From a virus (lineage: Duplodnaviria > Caudoviricetes), in IMG/VR virus record IMGVR_UViG_3300008954_002004, positions 1 to 56,640 of that record: a DNA stretch of 56,640 nt; one strand, written 5' to 3'. Made by a program: the position numbers and the translations under genes. A model generated the notes under the pieces. It was not told the origin of the DNA. It saw only the letters and a program-made list of their open reading frames with translations, and did not search any database. This document shows, piece by piece, positions 1 through 8,836 of the stretch. Position 1 is the stretch's first letter. Each line of letters opens with the position of its first letter.

Positions 1-714
1 TATCTCTAACTGTAGTCCAGGATAATTAGGATCATCACTATGTGTTCCTTCTGATGCATTCAATATACCATGATGCATCCACACTCTTGCTTTTCCTTCC
101 TTAATAGTAGGTATTGCATGTTTTTTAAACGCGGCTGGATTTTCACGAGTGCCTGTTAATTCACCACGCTTCCAAGCTAAACGCCTTTCACCACCGCTCA
201 TTCCTTTAACCCAAGTAACATGCTCGCCAAAACAAGTAATATATTCATCTACTGTCAATTCAGGACCACATATCATTAATGCCATAGCAAATGCTTCTGG
301 AACCATACCTGACCCTGAAGGGAATTTTGGATTATTTTCATCCCCGTCGTTACGTATAGCCATAATAATATTAAGGTTCATTAAACCAACTGACTCATAA
401 TCAGCATAATTATAATCTACGTTTTCTTGTAAAAATGATACACCGTTACCACCATGTGATACCATAACATAATTGTCGTGTTGTTGTAGCTCATTGTGCC
501 ACTCATTAAACCCAGGAATATCTCTTGCTCCTGGTATATGTTTAATAGTAATGCCAGTATCTAAATACTTTTCAAGTTCTGTTGCTACAATCTGGGCCCA
601 AACGCTAGTTCCGCCACCTGGTTTTTGAGGCACGAGAAAAACATAGTTTGCCTCTTTTGCGAAAGACAATGTTGTAAACATTGTTAATACTACTGCTAAA
701 ATAAACTTCTTCAT
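1..714 (-). CDS. tctC: TctC/Bug-family tripartite tricarboxylate transporter substrate-binding protein (3' end runs off the window; missing from the ORF track)
   Basis: Manual translation: MKKFILAVVLTMFTTLSFAKEANYVFLVPQKPGGGTSVWAQIVATELEKYL...; signal peptide, Bug-type VPxxPGGGT motif, AGGAG RBS upstream, directly downstream of tctA. Confidence 0.8.
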   Translation of the reverse strand, partial: MKKFILAVVLTMFTTLSFAKEANYVFLVPQKPGGGTSVWAQIVATELEKYLDTGITIKHIPGARDIPGFNEWHNELQQHDNYVMVSHGGNGVSFLQENVDYNYADYESVGLMNLNIIMAIRNDGDENNPKFPSGSGMVPEAFAMALMICGPELTVDEYITCFGEHVTWVKGMSGGERRLAWKRGELTGTRENPAAFKKHAIPTIKEGKARVWMHHGILNASEGTHSDDPNYPGLQLEI

Positions 715-723
715 TATATTCTC

Positions 724-2163
724 CTATGAATAATTGATTCTATTTTTACGAAATGCACCCCAGACAAATATGCCAATGGTTGCTGTCATAATAACTAAAA
801 ATATCGGTCTTGTAATTAAAGTATTAATATCATACAATGCTGTAATTTGATATGTTAATGCTTCTATTCTGGGTGCCAATATAAACCCAATTAGCAATGC
901 TGGGCGTGAAAACTTGTATTTCTTACAAGCTAAACCTAACACTGAACAAAATACGAATATAGCAAAATCTTCCCAACCTCCTGTATATTGCATACAAACC
1001 CATATCATTATCGCTACAAGTATTGGAAAATAATACTTGTAAGGAACATATGCTATACGAGCAATATACTGTGTGAGCAATAAACACATTACACCTACTA
1101 TTGCTGTTGCCCACATAAATCCAAATGTAAGTGAACTAAAAAACTTCTCATCATATGCTAAATCATATGTGCCAAGTTCAAAGTCCAAATACATAAACAG
1201 TGCCATTATAACTGCGGCAAAACTTGCGCCGGGTATACCAAATAACACTGTAGGTATCATAGATGTTGCTTTTTGTGCGTTGTTAGAACCCTCTGGCCCT
1301 ATAACGCCCTTAATGTTACCATTGCCAAACTCCTCCTTGGGGTTAGCGGCAACTGCGGCGCCATATGCCATCCAGTCTCCAATAGCACCACCCAATCCGG
1401 GTAGCACTCCTACAAACGCACCGATAAATCCTCCACGCAATCCAAGCCACTTATGTTTCCAAGTTGCTTTCATTCCATCTATTGTTTGTTTCCAATGATC
1501 TTTATTATCGCGTGGTGCTGTTTCTGCTCTATTTTTTAACCCACTAATTAACTCTGGTATAGCAAACAATCCTGCTACCATTGGAATTAACTGTATGCCG
1601 TCACCTAAATAACCCCAACCCAGAGTCCACCTATCTGAATTAGTATATGGATCAGTCCCCACCATTCCTAATATAATACCAATAGCAATCGCTACTAAAC
1701 TGCGTATCCATAAACTACTTGAGACAAATCCAACTGTTGCTAATGCTAATACCATAAATGCCCACAACTCTGGCACACCAAATATCATTAATAACTGTGT
1801 ATACCACGGCAGTAGAAAAAATACTAAACTGCCCCATAGTAACCCATTAATTGTTGATGTAGTAACTGCGGCACTAATTGCGTATGTTGCTTTGCCTTTT
1901 AATGCTAATGGGAAACCATCTACCATTGTGGCAGCCGCAGAGTTAGCACCTGGTATGCCTAATAGCACACCAGTATAAGTGTCACCTGTTGTGGATGCCG
2001 CTACAACTGCCATGCAGAATATAACGCCTAAGTAAGGGTCGCCGCCAAACAAGTGAATAAAAGAGAATATTGCAACGAGTCCTGTAGTCGCACCAGCACC
2101 GGGTATGATGCCGATTAATAGTCCATACAAAGTCCCGCCCAATAAAGCGATGATTTCATTCAT
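724..2163 (-). CDS. tctA: TctA-family tripartite tricarboxylate transporter permease
   Basis: 479 aa polytopic membrane protein with GIIPGAG, LLGIPG..AAAT.VDGFP, GVLPGLG and PEGSNNA...IPT.LFGIPG motifs. Confidence 0.92.
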   Translation of the reverse strand: MNEIIALLGGTLYGLLIGIIPGAGATTGLVAIFSFIHLFGGDPYLGVIFCMAVVAASTTGDTYTGVLLGIPGANSAAATMVDGFPLALKGKATYAISAAVTTSTINGLLWGSLVFFLLPWYTQLLMIFGVPELWAFMVLALATVGFVSSSLWIRSLVAIAIGIILGMVGTDPYTNSDRWTLGWGYLGDGIQLIPMVAGLFAIPELISGLKNRAETAPRDNKDHWKQTIDGMKATWKHKWLGLRGGFIGAFVGVLPGLGGAIGDWMAYGAAVAANPKEEFGNGNIKGVIGPEGSNNAQKATSMIPTVLFGIPGASFAAVIMALFMYLDFELGTYDLAYDEKFFSSLTFGFMWATAIVGVMCLLLTQYIARIAYVPYKYYFPILVAIMIWVCMQYTGGWEDFAIFVFCSVLGLACKKYKFSRPALLIGFILAPRIEALTYQITALYDINTLITRPIFLVIMTATIGIFVWGAFRKNRINYS

Positions 2164-2175
2164 AAGGGTTTGTGT

Positions 2176-2210
2176 GTGTTAATGAACTTCCTGAGGAGCG
2201 TTATTAACAC
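2176..2210 (-). promoter_or_regulatory. Stem-loop in the tctA 5' leader
   Basis: GTGTTAAT(G)AAC...GTT-ATTAACAC inverted repeat enclosing CTTCCTGAGGAG. Confidence 0.45.
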
Positions 2211-2224
2211 TTGGTAGGTAAAAG

Positions 2225-2236
2225 TATTTATAAATA
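2225..2236. promoter_or_regulatory. Palindromic, bidirectional T4-type late promoter (TATAAATA on both strands)
   Basis: TATTTATAAATA lies between divergent tctA (-) and methyltransferase (+) genes. Confidence 0.65.
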
Positions 2237-2243
2237 TTTCTAC

Positions 2244-2912
2244 ATGGACTTATTTTATCGAAACAAACATCTAACTAAAAGATATTCTCCAGAAAGATAC
2301 AGAGATTTTATCAAAGATTTAACTGAATTGCATAAAATGTATAATCGTATTAATGCATTAAATCCGCAATTAGTTATAGACGTTGGGTGTGGACGTAATT
2401 ACAATAAGAATAGTATAAAAAACCTAATAGGGTTTGATGCTATGCCTTATCCGGAAGCAGACATACATTGCCCTATTTTAGAAGCACCCTTCAAACCATT
2501 ATCCGCAGATGCTATTATAGCATATAGTGTTTTACAAATGCTAAATGAAGAATATAAAATACAATGCTATGAAAAAATTATTAGTTGGGTAAAATACGAT
2601 GGTTTGTTAGAAATGAGAGCAAATATTTGGGATGATCAGGAATACTATGGGGAATTAGATGAATCTATAGATGCTATACATGGTTATACTAACAAGTTTA
2701 ATTTAGAGTATGTTGTTGAACCATGGATTAATACTTTATATAAAAAAGGAGACGACATTAAAGAGGTAAGTAAAAAATTAGGCATTACAAACGATAAAAT
2801 ATTTAGAGATACTCCTATAAAAAAATCATCTTTGGCATACCGATACCGCGGCAACTGGCCAACCGGACAACACAGACAAATATATTGGACTTGGAAAAAA
2901 CCTAATTCTTAG
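2244..2912 (+). CDS. Class I SAM-dependent methyltransferase
   Basis: VIDVGCGRN motif I; ATG at 2244 preferred over TTG at 2211. Confidence 0.75.
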   Translation: MDLFYRNKHLTKRYSPERYRDFIKDLTELHKMYNRINALNPQLVIDVGCGRNYNKNSIKNLIGFDAMPYPEADIHCPILEAPFKPLSADAIIAYSVLQMLNEEYKIQCYEKIISWVKYDGLLEMRANIWDDQEYYGELDESIDAIHGYTNKFNLEYVVEPWINTLYKKGDDIKEVSKKLGITNDKIFRDTPIKKSSLAYRYRGNWPTGQHRQIYWTWKKPNS

Positions 2913-3579
2913 ACCAAACAAAATATATTCTTTCTTTGGAATCGTTTCTTAAATCTAACACATTTACTTTTAAAAAGTCAGCACAGTTAATTATAAACGT
3001 TGGTGACCATTCGTAAAATGATATCCAATTGGATTCTATTGGAATATGCTTTAGTCCTGGATTTACTCTAAAGTATATTTTCCCACCAGGTGCTGTTAAT
3101 TTAACAATGTGCTCTAACTCTTTTAATATTTTATCAGTTGAGCCAAAGTTAATTGAACCCAAACACATAACTACATCAAATGTCTCACTAGGATGATAAT
3201 CTAAAATACTTACTTTAATATCTGCGTGATTATTGTATGGATCAATGCCTATTAAATTGTTTATGCTACTTTTAAACTCGTTATAGCCACAGCCAACATC
3301 CAACACACTACGTGGCCTTAAATTATTAATTTCATCTACTAATGCCAATCCACTATGTTTAAATTTTTTAGTGTCAGACTGCCATACTTTACTAAAGTAT
3401 TTTTCTAATACTCTGTCGTCAATTTTATCAACTAATTCGCCAGTATTAGTAAAACTAACATCCTCAACCCACACATTAAACATACCTTGTATAGATTGTC
3501 GTAGTTTGTGATCATCTCGTAAGATTTGAGGAGATGTTTTAAACATATCCTCTAATTTATTAAGTATTTTTAAATTCAT
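2902..3579 (-). CDS. Class I SAM-dependent methyltransferase
   Basis: VLDVGCGYN, LIGIDP, FDVVMCLGS, PGG motifs. Confidence 0.82.
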   Translation of the reverse strand: MNLKILNKLEDMFKTSPQILRDDHKLRQSIQGMFNVWVEDVSFTNTGELVDKIDDRVLEKYFSKVWQSDTKKFKHSGLALVDEINNLRPRSVLDVGCGYNEFKSSINNLIGIDPYNNHADIKVSILDYHPSETFDVVMCLGSINFGSTDKILKELEHIVKLTAPGGKIYFRVNPGLKHIPIESNWISFYEWSPTFIINCADFLKVNVLDLRNDSKERIYFVWSKN

Positions 3580-4091
3580 TTATTCCACAAATTTTTATCG
3601 ATTGCTTGTTTTAAGTATTTTACTCCAGATGTGCCGCCAGTGCCAGGCTTATCTCCTATAATGCGCTCTACAGTTTTCATATGATTAAACTGCCATTTTT
3701 TAAATGCGTTCTCTACATCACATAATGCTTCACGTGGAAATAAACTTGTATTTGGACAACATTTGCTGGGTAAATCTTCTAATAGTTTTTTTACTTCTTT
3801 ATATTGTATTGATTCTTTGCCTGATGCTGAGCCTAATGTGCTTCTAAATCTTTCGTAATCTTTTGGGGTAAGTGTTGCTATAATGTCCCATAATGTATTT
3901 AAGTGATCAAATATTTTTACAATGCGTTTTAGATCCGGATTTGTATCGACGCTCAATTCACGTATTAATACTTTAAACCATAGTTCGGATGCTTGGTGTG
4001 CAACTATAAACATCAGTTCATTGCGATCTGATGTTATTGTGTTTTGTGAATTTAATACTGTATCTAAATCTAAATAATCGCCATAGTTCAT
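3576..4091 (-). CDS. kynA: Compact tryptophan 2,3-dioxygenase (TDO/KynA)-family protein
   Basis: YGDYLDLD.VL..Q, ELMFIVAHQASELWFK, FR..LG.ASG.ES.QY, W...HMKTVERIIG.KPGTGGTSGV.YL; ATGA overlap with the upstream gene. Confidence 0.85.
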   Translation of the reverse strand: MNYGDYLDLDTVLNSQNTITSDRNELMFIVAHQASELWFKVLIRELSVDTNPDLKRIVKIFDHLNTLWDIIATLTPKDYERFRSTLGSASGKESIQYKEVKKLLEDLPSKCCPNTSLFPREALCDVENAFKKWQFNHMKTVERIIGDKPGTGGTSGVKYLKQAIDKNLWNK

Positions 4092-4723
4092 ATTACGCAC
4101 ACTTTGATATCTTCTGCCTTATAACTTTGATATACACCTGCTGTAGGACATTTTATATTTAACAAATTACACGTATCAAAACTGTCTATCGCATTAAATT
4201 TTGCTTTATTGACTGCCATAAATGCTTTAATGTTTTTATTCTGTAAAGCAATTTCAGCCTTCATTTTTTTCTCGTTTTCATACCACTCATAACTAGGATA
4301 TGTGATTTTAAACCCACCTGCTCTCATCCACCAATCAAAACATTTTTTATTTGATCTGTATGCTAAAACTATTTTACTGCTAGGCCATTCTGTTTTTATA
4401 TATTGTAAATTATGTGCTAACGTATGACTCTTAATAATTCTATATTTGTCTCTACGTAAAATACCACTAAATGCTTTATTGAATTCTGCTTCATTTTGTT
4501 TTTTGTTATGCTGATCTATGTTATTAAACCAATTGCCAAACTCCATACCCGGATCAAAATAAGAGCCACTATGTCTTGCTGGATAATCACTAAAACGTTC
4601 CCCACCTAAGTATTGACGATGTGGTGCGGCGTCTGTTTGGTCAATATCAACAGATTCGTATATATGAGAGGCAACACTACTCCAACGTGATCCTGGTGCT
4701 CCTACCAAGAAAATATAACTCAT
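4088..4723 (-). CDS. Sulfotransferase-like / P-loop-like protein
   Basis: N-terminal IFLVGAPGSRWSSV, IIKSH and KIVLAYRS resemble PAPS-binding elements. Confidence 0.5.
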   Translation of the reverse strand: MSYIFLVGAPGSRWSSVASHIYESVDIDQTDAAPHRQYLGGERFSDYPARHSGSYFDPGMEFGNWFNNIDQHNKKQNEAEFNKAFSGILRRDKYRIIKSHTLAHNLQYIKTEWPSSKIVLAYRSNKKCFDWWMRAGGFKITYPSYEWYENEKKMKAEIALQNKNIKAFMAVNKAKFNAIDSFDTCNLLNIKCPTAGVYQSYKAEDIKVCVI

Positions 4724-5451
4724 ATGTTAAATTCATCCTTTATGCTTTGTGGTGTTACATACAACCACCTACTAATTAGAAGTTCGCAAACTTGTATTTG
4801 ATGTGCTGTCAATTCTCTACTGAGAATTTCTTCTAAATGTGTTTTCCAAGTATTTTTCCAAATTGATTCTATAGGAAATGTATTTAATTTATAATTATTT
4901 ATTATGTCTGTCATGTATATGTCTTTCTCAGTATTACCACTTACTTTTTCTTCTTGACACATACTAATAAATTTTTGAGGTGCTGTTACAAACACAGTAT
5001 GATTTCTACCAAATATTATATCTGTTTCAGCAATTAGTTGTGATGTGTCTATATCATAGACAGATGGATTATTGTCTTCAGGAACTTTCTTCCAAACATA
5101 ATTACAAAAATAATAACGTATTCTTGCTTCCATATCATACGTTGATGTTATTGTTGTATCACTAACTAATGTTCGCTGTAGTACTTTATGTGCTCGCTGT
5201 TCTAAAGCACTTATAGGTTTATCAATAATTGGATAAAAATAATTACACAATAACCCAATGTCTGGAGGAGTTATTTCTTTTGATTTCCATAAAGTTGAAT
5301 CATTTGCTAATGAAAGTGGAAAGCAATTTAAAGCATCTATAACATGTGATGGGGATTTAGCACCACGAAAGTCATGTGCTAATTGTAATAACCAAGCGAC
5401 TAAAAAGCCACCAGAGCCACCCTGGTAGCGCACTACAAACTTACGTTCCAT
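4720..5451 (-). CDS. Hypothetical protein, Y.(G/P)G.(G/C)G..(V/I)..LL family (sulfotransferase-like N-terminus)
   Basis: VVRYQGGSGGFLVAWLL; similar N-termini at 34594 and 42388. Confidence 0.5.
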   Translation of the reverse strand: MERKFVVRYQGGSGGFLVAWLLQLAHDFRGAKSPSHVIDALNCFPLSLANDSTLWKSKEITPPDIGLLCNYFYPIIDKPISALEQRAHKVLQRTLVSDTTITSTYDMEARIRYYFCNYVWKKVPEDNNPSVYDIDTSQLIAETDIIFGRNHTVFVTAPQKFISMCQEEKVSGNTEKDIYMTDIINNYKLNTFPIESIWKNTWKTHLEEILSRELTAHQIQVCELLISRWLYVTPQSIKDEFNI

Positions 5452-5470
5452 TATAATACTTATTTGTTTT

Positions 5471-5502
5471 GGGTGTGGCCCTTAAAATAAGGGCCGTTAC
5501 CC
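5471..5502. other. GC-rich intergenic hairpin
   Basis: GGGT.GGCCCTTA-AAA-TAAGGGCC..ACCC; no U-tract follows on the minus strand. Confidence 0.5.
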
Positions 5503-5961
5503 TTAGCCTGATAGTGGATTATCGAGTGCTCGCTCAATTCGTTTTTGTATTGCTTCTTCAAAGTCTTTAAGCATTTCTTTGATTTCTTTCTTTTGCTCTT
5601 TCATCCGCTTCTCTACATCACTGATAGCATCATAAGCATCATTGAGATCATCTCGGCCGTCATTTTTGTTATCTCTAATATCAGAACGCACTCGTTCCAT
5701 TTTAGTTTCTAACTCTGCTAAACGTCCTTCTAATAAAGTGGTATCAAGTTGCATAACTGCTTCCATCCTTGTTTCCAATGCTGATAACATACCTATGGTA
5801 TCTTTTTTCCACTCTACTAGTTGTTGTATTTGACTGCCGTATCCATCAGTAGCATTTAGACGCGAGTTAAACTCACCCCACGCATAAAAACCACCTCCTA
5901 TTGCGGCAACCACGCCCACTAATGCGGCATATGTTGATAGTTTATCTATTACTCCTGCCAT
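5503..5961 (-). CDS. Membrane-anchored coiled-coil protein
   Basis: N-terminal TM segment (YAALVGVVAAIGGGFYAW) followed by a heptad-rich helix; GGAG RBS before ATG 5961. Confidence 0.7.
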   Translation of the reverse strand: MAGVIDKLSTYAALVGVVAAIGGGFYAWGEFNSRLNATDGYGSQIQQLVEWKKDTIGMLSALETRMEAVMQLDTTLLEGRLAELETKMERVRSDIRDNKNDGRDDLNDAYDAISDVEKRMKEQKKEIKEMLKDFEEAIQKRIERALDNPLSG

Positions 5962-5962
5962 A

Positions 5963-6049
5963 TTATACACTCCATACGAATGTTAATGTCGCGGCTACAA
6001 TAAAGCCTAGGACAAAATATAAACTATGATATTTTCTATGTTCGAACAT
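5963..6049 (-). CDS. 28-aa single-TM peptide (not in ORF track)
   Basis: MFEHRKYHSLYFVLGFIVAATLTFVWSV; GGGAG RBS; exactly fills the gap between two genes. Confidence 0.6.
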   Translation of the reverse strand: MFEHRKYHSLYFVLGFIVAATLTFVWSV

Positions 6050-6051
6050 AA

Positions 6052-7872
6052 TTATCTCCCGTATTGTTCATCGACCATTTCGTTCCATCGTTGATCTTGC
6101 GCGGCGGAATAGTATTCCGCAAATGGATCAGGCAAATGCTGATCCGGGTACATCTGTTCTGACTCATACCAATTGGCGGCGTCCGGAACTCTCGCCTCTG
6201 TGTATTCATCATAGTCACTACCTGCGGCAATAGCGTTCATCAGGGCAATTTGCGTAGCCTGAGCCAACCCTGTGTAATAATTTCCTTGGAAACGTTCCAT
6301 AACCCTTATTGCCACTTGCGTTGCAATTTGTCTGCGTCTATCTTGTGCAGATTTTGCTTTAGCAACCGCAGTTGGCCGTTCTGACGGTTCGGCCTCCTGC
6401 TCTGGTTGCTCTTCAGTCTCGCTCTCAACTGATTCTGTCTCTGTTTCTTCTGTTTGTTCTGGTTCCGGCTCTGTTTCAGTCTCAACTTCTACTTCAGTCT
6501 CTGTTTCTACTTCAACCTCAGTTTCTGTCTCAACCTCTACCTCTACTTCTGTTTCAGTTTCCACTTCAACCTCTGTCTCAGTTTCCACCTCAACCTCTAC
6601 CTCAACTTCTACCTCTACTTCTACTTCTATTTCAGGTGTTGCTTCTATTTCTACTTCAAGTGCTGTTTCAATTTCTGTTTCAACTTCTACTATAGTTGTT
6701 TCTACAGTTTCAACTTCAATTGCTGTGTCTGTAGTTGTATCAACAGTAGTCTCTACTTGCACTACTTCAATTTCTGGCACCTCAATTTCAGTTGTCATAT
6801 CTAAATCACTTAAATCAATTGTAAAAGTCTCTACAACAGTGCCTGCTGAATCAGTAATTTCTACTTCAACCTCTGCTATGTCTGTTAATGCTGTAACATC
6901 AGGCATTTCAATTTCTGTTTCAACAGTAGTTGTAACATCAGAGTCAGGTATTTCTATTTCACGAGTAATAGTTCTTTCTACTTCATACTCATATTGTTCT
7001 TCTACCCAACGTGTTTTAGTTTCCATAACTTGGCTTTCTATAATACTTGTTACTTGTTCCTCTACATAGGATGTTACTAGTGTTGTTATGGCTTCTGTTG
7101 TTGTGACAATATGATCATATGCAACTGTTATGGATGGATCTCGCATTTTAGGACCATAATATCCTGCCCAATAACCTTTGTCCTTACCTGTAAAAATTAA
7201 TTGGGCATACAATTCTGTTACAGCTGCCCATGTCGGGCCCGTACCATCGCCATGACCTACAGTATATGTTTTAGTCATTGTTTGCCAATCGTGTGGTGTA
7301 TCATCACCGGACAGATGGTCTGTTGCTATTACCACGCCCCTTTGATCCTTTAATTTTAATGTCATTGTCCAATCATCTACATAGTATGAACCATAACTAC
7401 CACCGCAATGCCCACCTATTTTTTGCGGACAATTATTCCATATTTCAGCACCATATGTTATTGTAAAATTGTTTGCCAAAGGCAAATATGCTGATAAGTC
7501 AATCCAAGGACTAGTTGTGGTTGTCCAATAGTATGTTGCTCTGTAAAGATCATTAGTGCCATCACCATCAGTATCTTGACACCCAACTGTGGTAGTCCAA
7601 GTCCCGCCACATACACCTGCCATTAAATCAGCACTCACTACTGTTTCTGTAGATGATGTTGTATTAGTAGTCACAACTTCTTCAGTCACAGTATTAACTA
7701 CTGTTTCCGTAACAGTTGTGTAGATAGTAACCTCTTCCTCATACTCCTCTTCAACCAGACGAGTACCAGTTTCTATTTCTATAACAGTTTCAGTTACTAT
7801 TATTGTTTCAGCATTAGAGAAGGAACAGAAGCAAAATAGCAATGCCGCCGCCAAGTAAAGTTTTCTCTTCAC
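6052..7872 (-). CDS. Exported protein with an FBA-like (sugar-binding) domain and a long Glu/Thr/Val-rich stalk
   Basis: Signal peptide; GKDKGYWAGYYGP motif resembles the FBA domain C-terminus; (EVEVET)n tract. Confidence 0.6.
   Translation of the reverse strand: MKRKLYLAAALLFCFCSFSNAETIIVTETVIEIETGTRLVEEEYEEEVTIYTTVTETVVNTVTEEVVTTNTTSSTETVVSADLMAGVCGGTWTTTVGCQDTDGDGTNDLYRATYYWTTTTSPWIDLSAYLPLANNFTITYGAEIWNNCPQKIGGHCGGSYGSYYVDDWTMTLKLKDQRGVVIATDHLSGDDTPHDWQTMTKTYTVGHGDGTGPTWAAVTELYAQLIFTGKDKGYWAGYYGPKMRDPSITVAYDHIVTTTEAITTLVTSYVEEQVTSIIESQVMETKTRWVEEQYEYEVERTITREIEIPDSDVTTTVETEIEMPDVTALTDIAEVEVEITDSAGTVVETFTIDLSDLDMTTEIEVPEIEVVQVETTVDTTTDTAIEVETVETTIVEVETEIETALEVEIEATPEIEVEVEVEVEVEVEVETETEVEVETETEVEVEVETETEVEVETETEVEVETETEPEPEQTEETETESVESETEEQPEQEAEPSERPTAVAKAKSAQDRRRQIATQVAIRVMERFQGNYYTGLAQATQIALMNAIAAGSDYDEYTEARVPDAANWYESEQMYPDQHLPDPFAEYYSAAQDQRWNEMVDEQYGR
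6470..6670 (-). repeat. Low-complexity coding repeat (EVEVETET)n
   Basis: Degenerate tandem repeats of tctacttcaacctc / gtttcagtttc. Confidence 0.8.
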
Positions 7873-8452
7873 TAGTCATATCTCCCTCATCGGCCTGTGC
7901 TTTCCATTCTTCTTCATCAATTTGAATTTTATCTATATCTGGTTTTTTAGGATCTACACCAATACCATTTCTCTTTTTCCATTTTTCATAATCTGGACGT
8001 TGTTCTGGATTATTGGCCCACGCTTCTGCGGCTTCTGTACCAATCTTGCCATAATACGGACACGGTGTGCCTGCCATTTCCATTGCGCCAAAAACTCTTT
8101 CATCTTGACACAATAACGCAACAGCGGCAACCTTCATTCCCATACCAAATAATGCGCGGGATAGTTTCAATCTTTCACAGTTATCGTCAGTTATAACTAT
8201 GCCAGTTGAAATACCTAAAATTTGTGTAGTAACTGACCCACTAGCGGCTCGCGTACATACATCCTGATTGTTTACAACAATACTGGGTGAATGAGCACTG
8301 GGTGGGGTTTTGTCGACAGTTGTTGTTCCTGTGACAGTATTAGCACTTGTAACTGTAGAAGTTACAGTGTTGGTCCCTTGGGCAGAAACTGCCAAGGGGA
8401 TTAAAAATAATAGCACCGCTACTATTTTACTAACATTAAACATTGAGAGCAC
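7814..8452 (-). CDS. Exported Cys-containing hypothetical protein with a C-terminal hydrophobic anchor
   Basis: Signal peptide, PPSA.SP...DVC, NCERLKLSR.L..MGMKVAAVALLCQD, GTPCP; ends in GGGIAILLLFLL. Confidence 0.7.
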   Translation of the reverse strand: MLSMFNVSKIVAVLLFLIPLAVSAQGTNTVTSTVTSANTVTGTTTVDKTPPSAHSPSIVVNNQDVCTRAASGSVTTQILGISTGIVITDDNCERLKLSRALFGMGMKVAAVALLCQDERVFGAMEMAGTPCPYYGKIGTEAAEAWANNPEQRPDYEKWKKRNGIGVDPKKPDIDKIQIDEEEWKAQADEGDMTSEEKTLLGGGIAILLLFLL

Positions 8453-8518
8453 CTCGAACGAATCGTTTTAATAGTATATTATAGTAATTATTAAAATACG
8501 TACATAAGTTATATACTG

Positions 8519-8836
8519 TTATATTCCTGTTTGATCGAGTAATTTTAAATCTTGTGCTAGATAGTCATAAGGACGAGCATGCCAATGCAAATGATCCGGA
8601 ATACTTCGTTGTACTTTGTCTATATAATAATTGCCCGGGCCATATTTCTCATCAGCAACACACGTTAACGCATATTCCATCTCGCAATAATCTTTGATAG
8701 GTATAGACATCGTGTGCGATGCCCGCCACACAACCATAGGCACCACACACGACATGCAGTCTAATATGATCCAACGTGGATCATGATCTTCATATAAATG
8801 AATTATTGTATGCAATTTGCATAACTCACACGCCAT
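8519..8836 (-). CDS. HIT-like (histidine triad) protein
   Basis: N-terminal CELC and C-terminal HLHWHAR. Confidence 0.7.
   Translation of the reverse strand: MACELCKLHTIIHLYEDHDPRWIILDCMSCVVPMVVWRASHTMSIPIKDYCEMEYALTCVADEKYGPGNYYIDKVQRSIPDHLHWHARPYDYLAQDLKLLDQTGI

Noticed and set aside
149-400. Plus-strand 83-aa ORF
   Set aside because: Antisense shadow of the tctC frame, which has an RBS, a signal peptide and a family motif
5471-5502. Hairpin as an intrinsic terminator
   Set aside because: No U-tract follows on the coding (minus) strand; kept only as an unassigned hairpin
6372-7069. Leu/Phe/Ser-rich plus-strand ORFs and a possible CRISPR-like repeat
   Set aside because: These are antisense readings of the (EVEVET)n coding tract; there is no constant repeat with unique spacers
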